Position numbers and translations under genes: made by a program | NCBI GenBank assembly: GCA_938083015.1 | Contig: CALKCX010000003.1 | Span: 14,793 to 78,792, forward strand | Origin: an uncultured Candidatus Micrarchaeota archaeon | GTDB taxonomy: Archaea; Micrarchaeota; Micrarchaeia; Anstonellales; J096 | Reading direction: 5' to 3' | DNA length: 64,000 nucleotides | Shown: in pieces, positions 18,943-29,624 of the stretch | How positions within the stretch are numbered: the stretch's first letter is position 1 | How the letters are laid out: each line of letters opens with the position of its first letter | Notes under the pieces: model-generated | The model's input: the letters and a program-made list of their open reading frames with translations, nothing else | Told to the model about the DNA's origin: nothing | Databases searched by the model: none

Positions 18943-21138
18943 ATGGCAAGAAAAGAGTATGTTGTAGAAGAAGTTGTTAAAATAATGAGTAATATAGAAA
19001 ATGTTAGAAATATTGCCATTATTGCACATGTTGATCACGGAAAATCAACTTTAACAGATAGTCTAGTAGCTAGAGCAGGTTTAATAAGTAAAGAATTAGC
19101 AGGTGAGCAGAGAATATTAGACTTTGAAGAACTTGAACAGAAGAGAGGAATAACTATAAAATCGGCAAACATAAGTTTAGGTTTTAACTTTAGAGGAAAA
19201 GATTACGTGATCAATTTAATAGATACCCCTGGGCATGTAGATTTTGGTGGACACGTTACTAGGGCCCTTAGAGCTGTAGACGGTGTTATACTAGTAGTAG
19301 ATTCTGTAGAAGGAGTTATGCCCCAGACTGAGACGGTATTAAGACAAGCTTTAAAAGAAAGGGCAAAACCAGTAGTATTTATTAACAAAGTAGATAGATT
19401 AATAAACGAATTAAAATTAGATTCGAAACAGATGATGGAGAGAATTGCAAAGATAATAAATACGATAAATAAGATTATAGACAGTGCTGCCCCACCTGAA
19501 TTTAAAGCTTCATGGAAAGTAAGTGTTGAAAATGGAACAGTAGCAATAGGGTCTGCATTCAATAAATGGGCCCTTAGCTTACCATACTTAAAAGAGAAAG
19601 GCATATCTTTTCAAAAGCTCTATGAATTAGTCCAACAAGATAGAAGAAAAGAAGCTATGGAATTGGCACCATTAGATGAAGTTGTACTAAGTATGGTAAT
19701 ACAGCATTTACCAAATCCTAGAATTGCACAAAGCTATAGAATTAAACATCTCTGGCATGGCGATAGTGAATCTGATATAGGTAAGCGTATGTTAACATGT
19801 GATCCAGAAGGGCCATTAGTAGGTGTTGTAATTGGAGTAGTACACGATAAAAATGCAGGAGAGGTTGCTGTATTAAGATTATTCTCAGGTAAGATATACA
19901 AAGGACAAGACGTATATGCTATATCTAAGAATGAGAATACTAAAATACAACAAGTAGCTATATACATGGGACCTGATAGAGTAAATGTAGATCAAGTAAT
20001 AGCAGGCAATATAGCTGCAATAATAGGTGTAAAAGATACCTATATTGGTGAAACGATATCTTCTACGACAATAGAACCATTTGAACAGATTAAACATTAC
20101 TCAGAACCTGTAGTTACTAAATCCGTTGAACCTAAGAATAGTAAAGATTTGGCAAAACTTATAGAGGTTTTAAAACAGATGTCTAGAGAAGACCCTACAT
20201 TGAAAGTTGAAATCAATCAAGAAACTGGAGAATATTTAATATCTGGAATGGGGGAATTACATCTTGAAATTATTGAATATAAAATTAAGAATGAACATGG
20301 ATTAGATATAGTAGTGTCACCTCCTATTGTAGTATATAGAGAAACGATAAGAACAGATCTAAAAGAAGCTATTGAAAGTAAAAGTCCAAATAAGCATAAT
20401 AGATTTTACATAGTCGTAGAGAGATTACCAGAGCAAGTAAAGAATTGGATAATAGAACAAGGATTCATGGGGGGCAAGATTAAGAATGTAGATTACGTTG
20501 TGAAAAAATTAATAGAATTAGGTATGGATAGAGAAGAGGCAAAGAATTTTTGGAGCATATACGATGGCAACATATTTATCAATTCAACTAAAGGTATACA
20601 ATATCTAAATGAAGCTCAAGAGTTAATTATACAGGGTTTCATAGAGGCCATGCAAAAAGGACCATTGGCCCAAGAAAAGGTAGTTGGATTAAAAGTAAGA
20701 TTAGTTGATGCTATGTTACACGAAGATCATGTCCATAGAGGGCCTGCACAAGTAATACCTGCAATTAAAAGAGGTATATACGCAGCTATGATAAAAGCAG
20801 GTACTACATTACTTGAACCTAAGCAAAAAGTATTATTCCAGGTACCTCATGATTATGCTGGAGCTATATTAAATATAATAAATGGTAAAAGGGGCCAATT
20901 AGTAGATATGCAACAAGAAGAAGAGTTATCGACTATAATAGCTATTTTCCCTGTAGCTGAGATGTTTGGATTTAGTAATGAAGTAAGAGGGGCATCTCAA
21001 GGTAGAGCTTTGTGGTATCCTGAATATTGGGGATTTGAAGAACTGCCTAGAGAATTATTAGATAGAACTGTTAGATCAATTAGAGAGAGAAAGGGACTAA
21101 ACCCTGAACCTCCAACAGTTGAAGTGTTTTTAGAGTGA
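18943..21138 (+). CDS. fusA: Translation elongation factor 2 (aEF-2).
   Basis: 731 aa. G1 AHVDHGKSTL, DTPGHVDF, NKVDR, and the domain IV region with the conserved His of the diphthamide loop (HEDHVHRGPAQ). Confidence 0.95.
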   Translation: MARKEYVVEEVVKIMSNIENVRNIAIIAHVDHGKSTLTDSLVARAGLISKELAGEQRILDFEELEQKRGITIKSANISLGFNFRGKDYVINLIDTPGHVDFGGHVTRALRAVDGVILVVDSVEGVMPQTETVLRQALKERAKPVVFINKVDRLINELKLDSKQMMERIAKIINTINKIIDSAAPPEFKASWKVSVENGTVAIGSAFNKWALSLPYLKEKGISFQKLYELVQQDRRKEAMELAPLDEVVLSMVIQHLPNPRIAQSYRIKHLWHGDSESDIGKRMLTCDPEGPLVGVVIGVVHDKNAGEVAVLRLFSGKIYKGQDVYAISKNENTKIQQVAIYMGPDRVNVDQVIAGNIAAIIGVKDTYIGETISSTTIEPFEQIKHYSEPVVTKSVEPKNSKDLAKLIEVLKQMSREDPTLKVEINQETGEYLISGMGELHLEIIEYKIKNEHGLDIVVSPPIVVYRETIRTDLKEAIESKSPNKHNRFYIVVERLPEQVKNWIIEQGFMGGKIKNVDYVVKKLIELGMDREEAKNFWSIYDGNIFINSTKGIQYLNEAQELIIQGFIEAMQKGPLAQEKVVGLKVRLVDAMLHEDHVHRGPAQVIPAIKRGIYAAMIKAGTTLLEPKQKVLFQVPHDYAGAILNIINGKRGQLVDMQQEEELSTIIAIFPVAEMFGFSNEVRGASQGRALWYPEYWGFEELPRELLDRTVRSIRERKGLNPEPPTVEVFLE

Positions 21139-21148
21139 TCTCTATTAA

Positions 21149-22282
21149 ATGGACCCAAAAGAATACGAATTTAATAAGATAATTAAAAAGATTAAGCAGT
21201 TTAAAGGCACAGGTACTCAACTTGTTAGCGTATACATTCCTGCAGATTATCCTATTGGAGAAGTAGCTGCTAAACTAAGATCAGAGATATCTCAAGCAGA
21301 GAATATAAAGTCAAAACAAACTAGAACAAAGGTAATTGGGGCTTTAGAAAGAATATTAAATGCTTTAAAAGGATTTAAGAATACCCCACCTAATGGTCTT
21401 GTAGTATTTGCAGGTGATGTATCAGAAGATCCTTCTAGAGAGAATATTATTACAATTACTTTAGAACCTATAAAAAAATTAAATCAAAGCATATATAGAT
21501 GTGATTCATCATTTTATTTAGAACCATTAGAGAATATGCTCGCTCAAAGAGATAAATATGGATTGGTAGTTATCGATGGAAAAGAGGCAACATTGGCATT
21601 ACTCGATGGTGTAAATTATTACATATTGGATGAAATAGAAAGTCATGCACATTCTAAAGTTAGAAAAGGAGGGCAATCAGCTAGAAGATATGAGCGATTG
21701 ATAGAAGAACAGACAGAATATTATTATAAAAAGGTCTCAGAAGCAATGGATACGCATTTTTTAAATAAAGTAAAAGGAATAATCATAGGCGGTCCTGGTC
21801 CTACTAAAGAGTATTTTCTGGAGGCAAAACATTATAATTATCAGCATAAAATACTTGGAATCTTTGATACTGGGTATACAGGAATAGAAGGAATTAGAGA
21901 ACTTATTGATAAAAGTAAAGAACTAATACAAGAACAGGATATTGTAATAGAAGTTAGAGAAATAACTAGGTTTATAAAAGAAGTAATAAATGAGGGAAAA
22001 GCCACATATGGATTAGAACAGACTTTAGAAGCTATAAACAACAGAAGGGCCGAGAAGGTATTGGTATCGTCAAAACTAGATATTAAAGTATATATTACTG
22101 AAGATCAGAAGATTAGCTTTGAACCAATTGATTCACCTAAAGATGTATTAGATATACAGGATTACCTTTATGAATTATGTACTAAGAATGGTATAGATAT
22201 AATGATTATATCAAGTAATTCTAATGAAGCTGATATGTTTTTAAATACTTTCGGGGGAATAGGGGCAATACTAAAATATTGA
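21149..22282 (+). CDS. prf1: Peptide chain release factor aRF1.
   Basis: 377 aa. The NIKS-like region is near the N-terminal domain. The GGQ motif is present as KGGQSARRYERL. Confidence 0.9.
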   Translation: MDPKEYEFNKIIKKIKQFKGTGTQLVSVYIPADYPIGEVAAKLRSEISQAENIKSKQTRTKVIGALERILNALKGFKNTPPNGLVVFAGDVSEDPSRENIITITLEPIKKLNQSIYRCDSSFYLEPLENMLAQRDKYGLVVIDGKEATLALLDGVNYYILDEIESHAHSKVRKGGQSARRYERLIEEQTEYYYKKVSEAMDTHFLNKVKGIIIGGPGPTKEYFLEAKHYNYQHKILGIFDTGYTGIEGIRELIDKSKELIQEQDIVIEVREITRFIKEVINEGKATYGLEQTLEAINNRRAEKVLVSSKLDIKVYITEDQKISFEPIDSPKDVLDIQDYLYELCTKNGIDIMIISSNSNEADMFLNTFGGIGAILKY

Positions 22283-23431
22283 TTATTCTGCGTCTCCTCC
22301 ATCACCAAAATCAACACTTACATCAGAAGTATCAAAATGATATTCATGTTTAGTCTCTTCATCTTCTTTATATAATCGTTTTCTTAGCACATAGGATTGT
22401 AACAAATTAATTAAATTTTCAGCAGTCAATATAGCTCTTGATCTGTCTGCTTGACCATTAACAACTAACTCATGGGGAAGAGATTTAAGAATACGCGTTA
22501 ATAAATCGAATACTTCGCTATAGTTTTCATTATCTGAATGTATAAAAATGTAGACATTGAAATTATTTTCAAAAGGTATGTTTAAATTACTTCCAATAAC
22601 CGATGTTGAATTGAAAACAAACATCTTAGCTTTAATATCTCTGCCTTCTAAATCCCAATCTAATGTAAGAGATTTTAAATGTGAAGTATCAAGAAGATGT
22701 ATAGCTATACTAGTAAGCCCCATCTCTCCTAATTTATCTTCTAGATTACGAATAGTTTCATAGAATTCTTGCTGTTTTTCCAAAATCCTTATACTTCTTA
22801 TAATATCTGAATGTGCCAATAATACTATTATAGCTGGTATATGTTTAGGTGTTAATCTTCTAATATCTGGTGGCCATTCGTTTAAAAAATCTCTAACATC
22901 TGATAAATCATCTTCCGTATCATAAGCTTGTTCAAAAATATTTTTTAGATTATTAAGCGTAGATGGCAATTCTATATGTATAGAAGAAGGTCTTCTAACT
23001 TTTTCAATATTTGAATTGCCTTTAATTCCGCGTCCATCCACGATTTTCCCATCTTTGTCCTTATCTTCAAGTTCAAACATTAGGCCTATTACCATTCTAC
23101 TTATTATAGGATATATATCTTTGCCTTTAGAAACGTATATTGGATTTGACGTATACAATGAAGCTTTTCTCAATATTCCAGGAATGTTTTTAATATGTAC
23201 AGGATATTCTAAAAATAACATATAATACGGTGGTAATAGAAATTGATTAGATGATTTAATAGCAATAGGTGAATATGTATATAAATCTCTCTGAGGTGGT
23301 ATACCTGGAAATCCTATTAAGACAGGAAGAGAGCGTTCATCGGCATATCTAACTCGAGTATTTGGTTCTATTTTAATAATAGGTCTTTCCTTATATTGTC
23401 GAACATTCTTATCAATAATTATCTCATGCAT
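22283..23431 (-). CDS. Conserved hypothetical protein (382 aa) with an acidic C-terminal tail.
   Basis: Long ORF with good codon structure, directly downstream of rpoD on the same strand with a 31-nt gap. No recognisable motif. Ends DFGDGGDAE. Confidence 0.3.
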   Translation of the reverse strand: MHEIIIDKNVRQYKERPIIKIEPNTRVRYADERSLPVLIGFPGIPPQRDLYTYSPIAIKSSNQFLLPPYYMLFLEYPVHIKNIPGILRKASLYTSNPIYVSKGKDIYPIISRMVIGLMFELEDKDKDGKIVDGRGIKGNSNIEKVRRPSSIHIELPSTLNNLKNIFEQAYDTEDDLSDVRDFLNEWPPDIRRLTPKHIPAIIVLLAHSDIIRSIRILEKQQEFYETIRNLEDKLGEMGLTSIAIHLLDTSHLKSLTLDWDLEGRDIKAKMFVFNSTSVIGSNLNIPFENNFNVYIFIHSDNENYSEVFDLLTRILKSLPHELVVNGQADRSRAILTAENLINLLQSYVLRKRLYKEDEETKHEYHFDTSDVSVDFGDGGDAE

Positions 23432-23462
23432 ATATTTATTTTATTAAATATGTTTAAAATCC

Positions 23463-24053
23463 TTAGTATATGTTTAGCAATGTTTTAAAGTCTCTTTTTA
23501 TGTAATCTTTTACCAATCTTAACAATTCTTCAGCTGTATATTGAAAATTTGTTTCAAAGAATACCTTGTATTTATTCTCATCTAACATTTCATAAGAGGC
23601 AAGAGCAGTTTGAAATTTTGCATGCTTAAACCCAATTCCCTGTCTTATTACAAATATAATATCTATCTCTTGCCCAGGAAGTAAATCTATAATCTCGTAT
23701 CCATTTTTATTCTTAACATTATCTGGATACCATAATGCAACTTCTACTCCTTCCGGAAGGACCATATCAAATGTAGTCAATTCTTTCTTCTTATTTGTTG
23801 CCTTATAAGCTAATACACCTTCATATTCTGGTTTAGGATTCTTATCTAATACTTTGATAGGTATCATTCCTAATCTATGAGCTATATATTCTATAGGATA
23901 AGCACTGGTATTTGTCTTCATTCTAATCAAATCTATAGCATATACAGGAACTCGTCCCATTAGGTATTTTCTAATTAGATTGGCCTCTCTTGCTGTACCA
24001 TGAAGTATGAATTCACCGTAAAACTTATTAAGATGTAAATCTGTAATTTTCAT
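23463..24053 (-). CDS. rpoD: RNA polymerase subunit D (Rpo3/RPB3 homologue). Short form without the Fe-S domain.
   Basis: 196 aa. [20 protein letters not shown] and [13 protein letters not shown] match RpoD dimerisation-domain blocks. It lies downstream of S13-S4-S11 as in the conserved archaeal cluster. Confidence 0.75.
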   Translation of the reverse strand: MKITDLHLNKFYGEFILHGTAREANLIRKYLMGRVPVYAIDLIRMKTNTSAYPIEYIAHRLGMIPIKVLDKNPKPEYEGVLAYKATNKKKELTTFDMVLPEGVEVALWYPDNVKNKNGYEIIDLLPGQEIDIIFVIRQGIGFKHAKFQTALASYEMLDENKYKVFFETNFQYTAEELLRLVKDYIKRDFKTLLNIY

Positions 24054-24436
24054 ACTCTTCTTCCTCTTCTCCCTCCTTTTCTTCTTATAGTATCAGTAGG
24101 TATAGGTGTTACATCTTCAATTCTCAATATTTTTAGACCTGCTCTTGATATTATTCTAACAGCAGCATTAGCTCCAGGACCAGGGATTTTAGATCTATTG
24201 CCCCCAGGGGCCCTCATTTTTATTATCACAGCTTCAATACCAAGATTCTTAAGATCATTAGCTACCTTTGCAGCGGCCTGCATAGCAGCATAGGCCTTAC
24301 CTTCTTCTCTATCAGCATCTACCATAGACCCCCCACTGCTCCAACTTAAAGTCTCTGCACCACTTATATCGGTTGCAGTAATTATAGTATCATTTTTAGA
24401 AGAATAAATTCTAACTATTGCTACCTTTCTCATCAA
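24050..24436 (-). CDS. rps11: Ribosomal protein S11.
   Basis: 128 aa. [26 protein letters not shown]...GGSM. Conserved cluster position. Confidence 0.85.
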   Translation of the reverse strand: MMRKVAIVRIYSSKNDTIITATDISGAETLSWSSGGSMVDADREEGKAYAAMQAAAKVANDLKNLGIEAVIIKMRAPGGNRSKIPGPGANAAVRIISRAGLKILRIEDVTPIPTDTIRRKGGRRGRRV

Positions 24437-24923
24437 CCATCACCTGATCTTTTAGATTAACAGGCCTATAATATGAAATCTTACTTTCATCTTCAGCTTT
24501 TATCAATGCTGACGGTGAAGTAACTCTATTACCATCTATTGATATAAAACCATGAACTATTAGTTGTCTTGCATGTAATATAGATTTTGCCATACCTTTT
24601 CTATACACTATACTTTGTAATCTTCTATCTAATATTGCCTCTATTTTCAATGACAATATATCATCTATTTTAGCATCTTGGCCTAAGATATTGTAACTTA
24701 TTAACTTATCCAATAATAATCTTTCTTTCTTTACTCTTATCTCTTGAGGTAAAGCTAATAATTTTCTTGCCTGGGCCCTTACATTTCTTAAGAACGCCTT
24801 AGCTATCCACAATTCTCTCATATTCTTCAATCCGTATTTAATCTTTAACCTTTTTTCTTCTCTTATTCGATAGATATCTAACAGTCTTTTAGGTTTTTGA
24901 TACTTTTTATGTAATTTTCTCAT
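24411..24923 (-). CDS. rps4: Ribosomal protein S4.
   Basis: 170 aa. S4 N-terminal basic region and S4 RNA-binding domain ([37 protein letters not shown]). Confidence 0.85.
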   Translation of the reverse strand: MRKLHKKYQKPKRLLDIYRIREEKRLKIKYGLKNMRELWIAKAFLRNVRAQARKLLALPQEIRVKKERLLLDKLISYNILGQDAKIDDILSLKIEAILDRRLQSIVYRKGMAKSILHARQLIVHGFISIDGNRVTSPSALIKAEDESKISYYRPVNLKDQVMVDEKGSNS

Positions 24924-24931
24924 TCTCTCAC

Positions 24932-25462
24932 CTATTTAGTAGTTGCTTGTTGATTAGTTTTGCTCTTAGTAACTCCTACAGTCATACCTTTTCTACCAGT
25001 ATTCTTTGCCCTTTGTCCCCTGACCTTTTTGCCTCTTAAATGTCTATAACCTTGCCATGAATACATCTTCTTCTTTCGCTCTATTGACATCTTGGTAGCA
25101 AACATAAGATCGTTCATTACAAGATGATACGATTTTCCATTCCATACATCAGATCTTCGATTTAACATATAATATGGCATAATATGTTCATTTAAATTCA
25201 ATAAAAGATTATCTATTTTAGCTATTTGATCATCGTCTAAATTACCAACATACTCTCTTTTATCAATTCCAAACTTCTTTTTAATTAAATCTGCTAAATA
25301 CTTGCCTGTAGTAAAAGATATTCCTTTGATCTTCCAAAGTGCCCTATATAGTCTGGTATTACCTAATATATCAACACCAGCAATTCTAACAATACCTTTT
25401 TTAACATCACCTACATTTTGTTTTACATTAGTCTTTTTAGTATCAGTTTTAGGTTTCGCCAT
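24932..25462 (-). CDS. rps13: Ribosomal protein S13.
   Basis: 176 aa. VRIAGVDILGNTRLYRALWKIKGI and a C-terminal basic tail. First gene of the S13-S4-S11-RpoD cluster. Confidence 0.85.
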   Translation of the reverse strand: MAKPKTDTKKTNVKQNVGDVKKGIVRIAGVDILGNTRLYRALWKIKGISFTTGKYLADLIKKKFGIDKREYVGNLDDDQIAKIDNLLLNLNEHIMPYYMLNRRSDVWNGKSYHLVMNDLMFATKMSIERKKKMYSWQGYRHLRGKKVRGQRAKNTGRKGMTVGVTKSKTNQQATTK

Positions 25463-25507
25463 TACTCGCTCACCATCAATTAAAATAAATAGGTAATATT
25501 TAAATAC

Positions 25508-26566
25508 TTATATGTTAAGACCACCAAATAAAGTATTGATTAACATCATAAATATGTATAATAATACATAAGCTATTAGTAATGTGATAAGAAGATTTCT
25601 ATAAAACATTGCCTTATTATTTTCTGAACTAGATATGATCTTGGATGTAAATATCGATGTTACAAATATGGACAGAATGGCAAAATATAGGAAAGCTTCT
25701 TTATCAATACTAGGAAGACCTATTTGAATATTTATAGGTAATATTCCTGCGTATATGTTTATATCTTTAAGTTGTGAAAATGCGTTATATAAAACATCTA
25801 ATAATTTCATAGATATTGCATATAATAAAGGCATACCGAATACCGTTGCTATTAATATAAACATTCTATATGTAGTAAGCGTAGTAGATATCTCGTCTTT
25901 ATAATTCTGTATTTCTCTTATATCTAATGCTAGTTTTTCAATTATATCAGCTAATCTAGCACCAGTCTTTATACCTTCTACTATTATTACAAATGTTCTA
26001 CGTATTAATACAGAATTAAAATCTTCACTTAATCTAAGAATTGTCTTATCTAAAGGAACCCCCGAATAATATTCTTTCATCCTTGCCCTTATCTTCTGAG
26101 AAAACAGTCCGTATTCTTCTTTGGCCGCATCTAAAATAGCTCTATCTACGATATTACCAGATCTTATTCCTGCAGCTAAGTTCATAAGAAATTCAGGTAA
26201 TACTCTTTCAGACTCTCTTCTTATCTTATCTTCTCTTATATCTATTATTCCATTTATTATTAACACGATTATTATATAAATCAATACACCGTATAGTAAT
26301 GTACCTGTAAATACTCTAATAATATCTTTTGATATTGTAAAATTATCCAATACTATATCGCGTAATTTTAGCTTTTCAAATACACCGCCTATATCGTTAT
26401 AAGATATCAAATAACCAACTAGGAAAGATAGTAAAAACATTATTACTAAAAGGCCCCCTAAAAATTCTCCAGTAATTCTCATCTCTGCTAATTTTAATCT
26501 TCTATCTAGATTTTCTATGAATTTTCTAGACAGAATTCTACTAAACACCTCAAACATCTTGATCAC
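25508..26566 (-). CDS. Type II secretion system F-domain membrane protein (TadC/FlaJ-like), the second of two.
   Basis: 352 aa. N-terminal TM helices, a cytoplasmic T2SSF-type helical domain (LPEFLMNLAAGIRSGN...GVPLDKTILRL), then C-terminal TM helices. Confidence 0.6.
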   Translation of the reverse strand: MIKMFEVFSRILSRKFIENLDRRLKLAEMRITGEFLGGLLVIMFLLSFLVGYLISYNDIGGVFEKLKLRDIVLDNFTISKDIIRVFTGTLLYGVLIYIIIVLIINGIIDIREDKIRRESERVLPEFLMNLAAGIRSGNIVDRAILDAAKEEYGLFSQKIRARMKEYYSGVPLDKTILRLSEDFNSVLIRRTFVIIVEGIKTGARLADIIEKLALDIREIQNYKDEISTTLTTYRMFILIATVFGMPLLYAISMKLLDVLYNAFSQLKDINIYAGILPINIQIGLPSIDKEAFLYFAILSIFVTSIFTSKIISSSENNKAMFYRNLLITLLIAYVLLYIFMMLINTLFGGLNI

Positions 26567-27373
26567 CTATTCAAATAGACTATATCTAGGTTTAGAATAA
26601 GTAATAAAGCGATAGAATAGGTATTGAATAAGAGTTACTAACATTAACATTAGGAAAAGATGAATTACATTAAAATCTGCAGCTCTACCTGTAAATGACA
26701 ATATTATCAACAATATAGGTAAAGACAATGTAGGCAAGATAATAGCTATTAACATATACATAAGCATTAGGGGATTTAATCTAAAACCATATTTTCTATA
26801 TTCGTTCATCTTTTCATTTGTAATCTGTTTCTCTAATTCTTCTAATATCTTAGCTAAATCTGCACCAGAATCTATTGCACTGGCTATCTGTAATAATACG
26901 AATTTCATATAATTACTGGGTGTTTGAGCAGCTTCATCTCTCAATGCCTTACTAGCAGGTACTCCTGATGCAATCTGTTTTGCCAATTTCTCCATTACTT
27001 CACTAGCTTTACCATATCCTTTAGATGTAAGTAAAAAGATGTTATAACTAGGTACACCTGCTCTAAGTAATACCACCATGTGTTTTAACAAAAATCCTAA
27101 TTCATATTCTATATTTTTCCTATATATTTCAATTTTCACATCTACCTCTTTTAAATTTATCATATACCACATTAAAAGGTTCAAAAGATAAATTAAGAAT
27201 ATTGTTATAATTAAAATGTAAAAATCTAGATTAATATTGGAAAGCAATATTAGAATTGTTATTACTACTGTGGATAACAAAGCATAGAATAAAGCTAATA
27301 TAAATGCCCGTCTTACATATTCTGAGACAGACATATTATATGATACTATTTTAAGTTTTTCAGCTAGCTGCAT
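26567..27373 (-). CDS. Type II secretion system F-domain membrane protein (TadB/FlaJ-like), the first of two.
   Basis: 268 aa. TM helices flank a cytoplasmic domain with LLKHMVVLLRAGVPSYNIF...ASKALRDEA, characteristic of T2SSF/TadB/FlaJ. Confidence 0.65.
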   Translation of the reverse strand: MQLAEKLKIVSYNMSVSEYVRRAFILALFYALLSTVVITILILLSNINLDFYILIITIFLIYLLNLLMWYMINLKEVDVKIEIYRKNIEYELGFLLKHMVVLLRAGVPSYNIFLLTSKGYGKASEVMEKLAKQIASGVPASKALRDEAAQTPSNYMKFVLLQIASAIDSGADLAKILEELEKQITNEKMNEYRKYGFRLNPLMLMYMLIAIILPTLSLPILLIILSFTGRAADFNVIHLFLMLMLVTLIQYLFYRFITYSKPRYSLFE

Positions 27374-27394
27374 ATTGTTTATTTATATAAATAG

Positions 27395-28201
27395 TTATTT
27401 ATAATTATCATCAAGATAAGCTTTGATGATATGTTCTGGTACATTCTTCTGTTTCAAGTAATAATACTTTGCCTTTAACAATGCCTCTTTTTTATCTATC
27501 TGTTTTAGAGAATATTTCCTAAATGTTTCAGGATCGTTTTTTATAAGATACAAAAACAACGAGGCCTCTGGTATTTTCTCCATATTTTCAATGATATTTT
27601 TATACATATCAACTTCAACGTTTTCTTTAACATTTTCTTTAACAACATTGCCTAATCTTGCCAACATCTCTGATCTAATTTTTTCATCCATAATTCCTTT
27701 CTGTTCTAAAATATAATCGATTATAATTTTTGGATCTTCAGTCTTACTATATGTTTTTAGCATCTTAATCCTGTTTATTAGAATTTGCTTTTTACTATTA
27801 CTAGTTTCCATTCTATATAGATTGGATAGACGAGTTAATTCCTTACTTAGATTTGTAACTATCTGTCGGTATTCTTCAATTAATTCATCTATATTATAAG
27901 TCTTCTTCTCTTCTTTTACTTCCATTTCTTCTATCTTCTTTTCTAACTCTTTCCATTCGTCAATCTCTGTAGTTTTTTCTATAACAGGTTGTTGAATAGG
28001 TTCTTGTATAGATTTTGTAATCGATCCCAATGAAACTAATCTCCAAAAATAGCTTAGATCCGATTCAAATATATCTTCTTCATATATCTTAATAGTCGAT
28101 ATTTGTATAGGTTGATGGGCAACTATTACCTGGCCTTTTTGGAATATATCACTCATCGAATTCCCACCTTCTGTTATTAGCTGCAAATTCAAGTATTTCA
28201 T
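27395..28201 (-). CDS. Hypothetical soluble Lys/Glu-rich (coiled-coil-prone) protein inside the pilus-like operon.
   Basis: 268-aa ORF overlapping the 3' end of the ATPase gene. The real start is probably the internal Met (MSDIFQKGQ...). No recognisable domain. Confidence 0.3.
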   Translation of the reverse strand: MKYLNLQLITEGGNSMSDIFQKGQVIVAHQPIQISTIKIYEEDIFESDLSYFWRLVSLGSITKSIQEPIQQPVIEKTTEIDEWKELEKKIEEMEVKEEKKTYNIDELIEEYRQIVTNLSKELTRLSNLYRMETSNSKKQILINRIKMLKTYSKTEDPKIIIDYILEQKGIMDEKIRSEMLARLGNVVKENVKENVEVDMYKNIIENMEKIPEASLFLYLIKNDPETFRKYSLKQIDKKEALLKAKYYYLKQKNVPEHIIKAYLDDNYK

Positions 28202-29624
28202 CTGGATTACGATAGTATCGCGATACTAAGTATCCTACTTTATCTACATCATAATATTCATTAGCTACCATCCAATTCAATACATGTTCTTTTTCTTTTA
28301 TATCTAACATTACCTCTTCTTCTTTCCAACCTAAATATATCTCAAATAGTTCATAAGTCTTCTTCATTCTACGTTTTTCATAATTCTTCTTCTTAAAATT
28401 ATACCTATATACTATATTTACCTCTCCATTATCTAATACTTCTGCAATTTCAAATGTTTTTCTCTCATTAGTTCGTCTATTTCTAACTTGTACCATAATT
28501 ATACCAAGACTATCTAGCATCTCTTTAGGTAAATTAATAGGCGGAGTTGTTAATCGATTTACAGCTTGTACTGAACTATCGGCGTGTATAGTAGAATATA
28601 CACTATGACCAGTTCTCATAGCTTCAAACATTATCTCAGCTTCTTTCTGTTTTCTTACTTCTCCAACTAATATTCTATCAGGTCTCATTCTAAGACTATT
28701 TACTAATAAATCTAACATACTTATTTCTCCTTTTCCTTCTGGATTTGGCTGTCTTACAACCATAGGTACCCATTGTAAATACTTAGGTAATGTCAATTCT
28801 CGAGTATCCTCTATCGAGATTATTCTCTGATTAGCTGGTATGAATTCTGCTATACTGTTTAATACAGATGTTTTTCCAGATCCAGTGCCCCCTGCTATTA
28901 ATATAGATATCTCGTTTTGTACATAACTCCATATCAAAGCAGCTATTTCAGAACTTAGAGTATTACTTGATATCAATCTAGTTATAGACCACGGGTTTTT
29001 AGAGAATTTTCTAATAGTTATAGTATTACCTGATGTTGAAATAGGATAAAGTGTGGCGTTTACTCTACTACCATCTGGTAATGTAGCATCTAATAATGGG
29101 TTAAGTATGTTTATCTGTCTTCCTATTCTTCTAGCAATTGTAGAAGCATAATTAAAAATATCTTCATCTTTTCTAATTACTAAATTGCTTTTACACCATC
29201 CTATTTTCTTATGATAGACCCATATAGGTTGCCCAGGACCATTAACGCAGATCTCTTCTATGTTTTCATCATAACTTATCAATTCTAATTCTCCTAATCC
29301 TATTGTAGTTAATAATAAATATTCTGTTAGAATATTCAAAGATCTTTGATCTATATCTTTGAAGTTTTCTTTTAAAATTTTAATAGATACCTCTTTATAT
29401 ACTTCTCTAACATATTCATATTTATTTGGATCTAATAAATCTCGAATGTCAATGTTGGCTTTTTGTATTAAATCGTATCTTATTTTATTATCTATTATTA
29501 TTTTCGTTGGATCGCTTAATGACGGAATTTTAACTTCGTATATTGGTACAAATTCTTCATCTTTATGATATATATTAACGTTTATTGGAAAATCTTGATT
29601 ACCGATAGTATACTGTAAATTCAT
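28149..29624 (-). CDS. FlaI/TadA/VirB11-family secretion ATPase (type IV pilus / archaellum-type assembly ATPase).
   Basis: 491 aa. FlaI-like N-terminal domain. Walker A ILIAGGTGSGKTS. Asp box and Walker B RISIEDTRELTLP...RPDRILVGEVR. His box FEAMRTGHSVYSTIHADS. Confidence 0.85.
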   Translation of the reverse strand: MNLQYTIGNQDFPINVNIYHKDEEFVPIYEVKIPSLSDPTKIIIDNKIRYDLIQKANIDIRDLLDPNKYEYVREVYKEVSIKILKENFKDIDQRSLNILTEYLLLTTIGLGELELISYDENIEEICVNGPGQPIWVYHKKIGWCKSNLVIRKDEDIFNYASTIARRIGRQINILNPLLDATLPDGSRVNATLYPISTSGNTITIRKFSKNPWSITRLISSNTLSSEIAALIWSYVQNEISILIAGGTGSGKTSVLNSIAEFIPANQRIISIEDTRELTLPKYLQWVPMVVRQPNPEGKGEISMLDLLVNSLRMRPDRILVGEVRKQKEAEIMFEAMRTGHSVYSTIHADSSVQAVNRLTTPPINLPKEMLDSLGIIMVQVRNRRTNERKTFEIAEVLDNGEVNIVYRYNFKKKNYEKRRMKKTYELFEIYLGWKEEEVMLDIKEKEHVLNWMVANEYYDVDKVGYLVSRYYRNPDEILEFAANNRRWEFDE

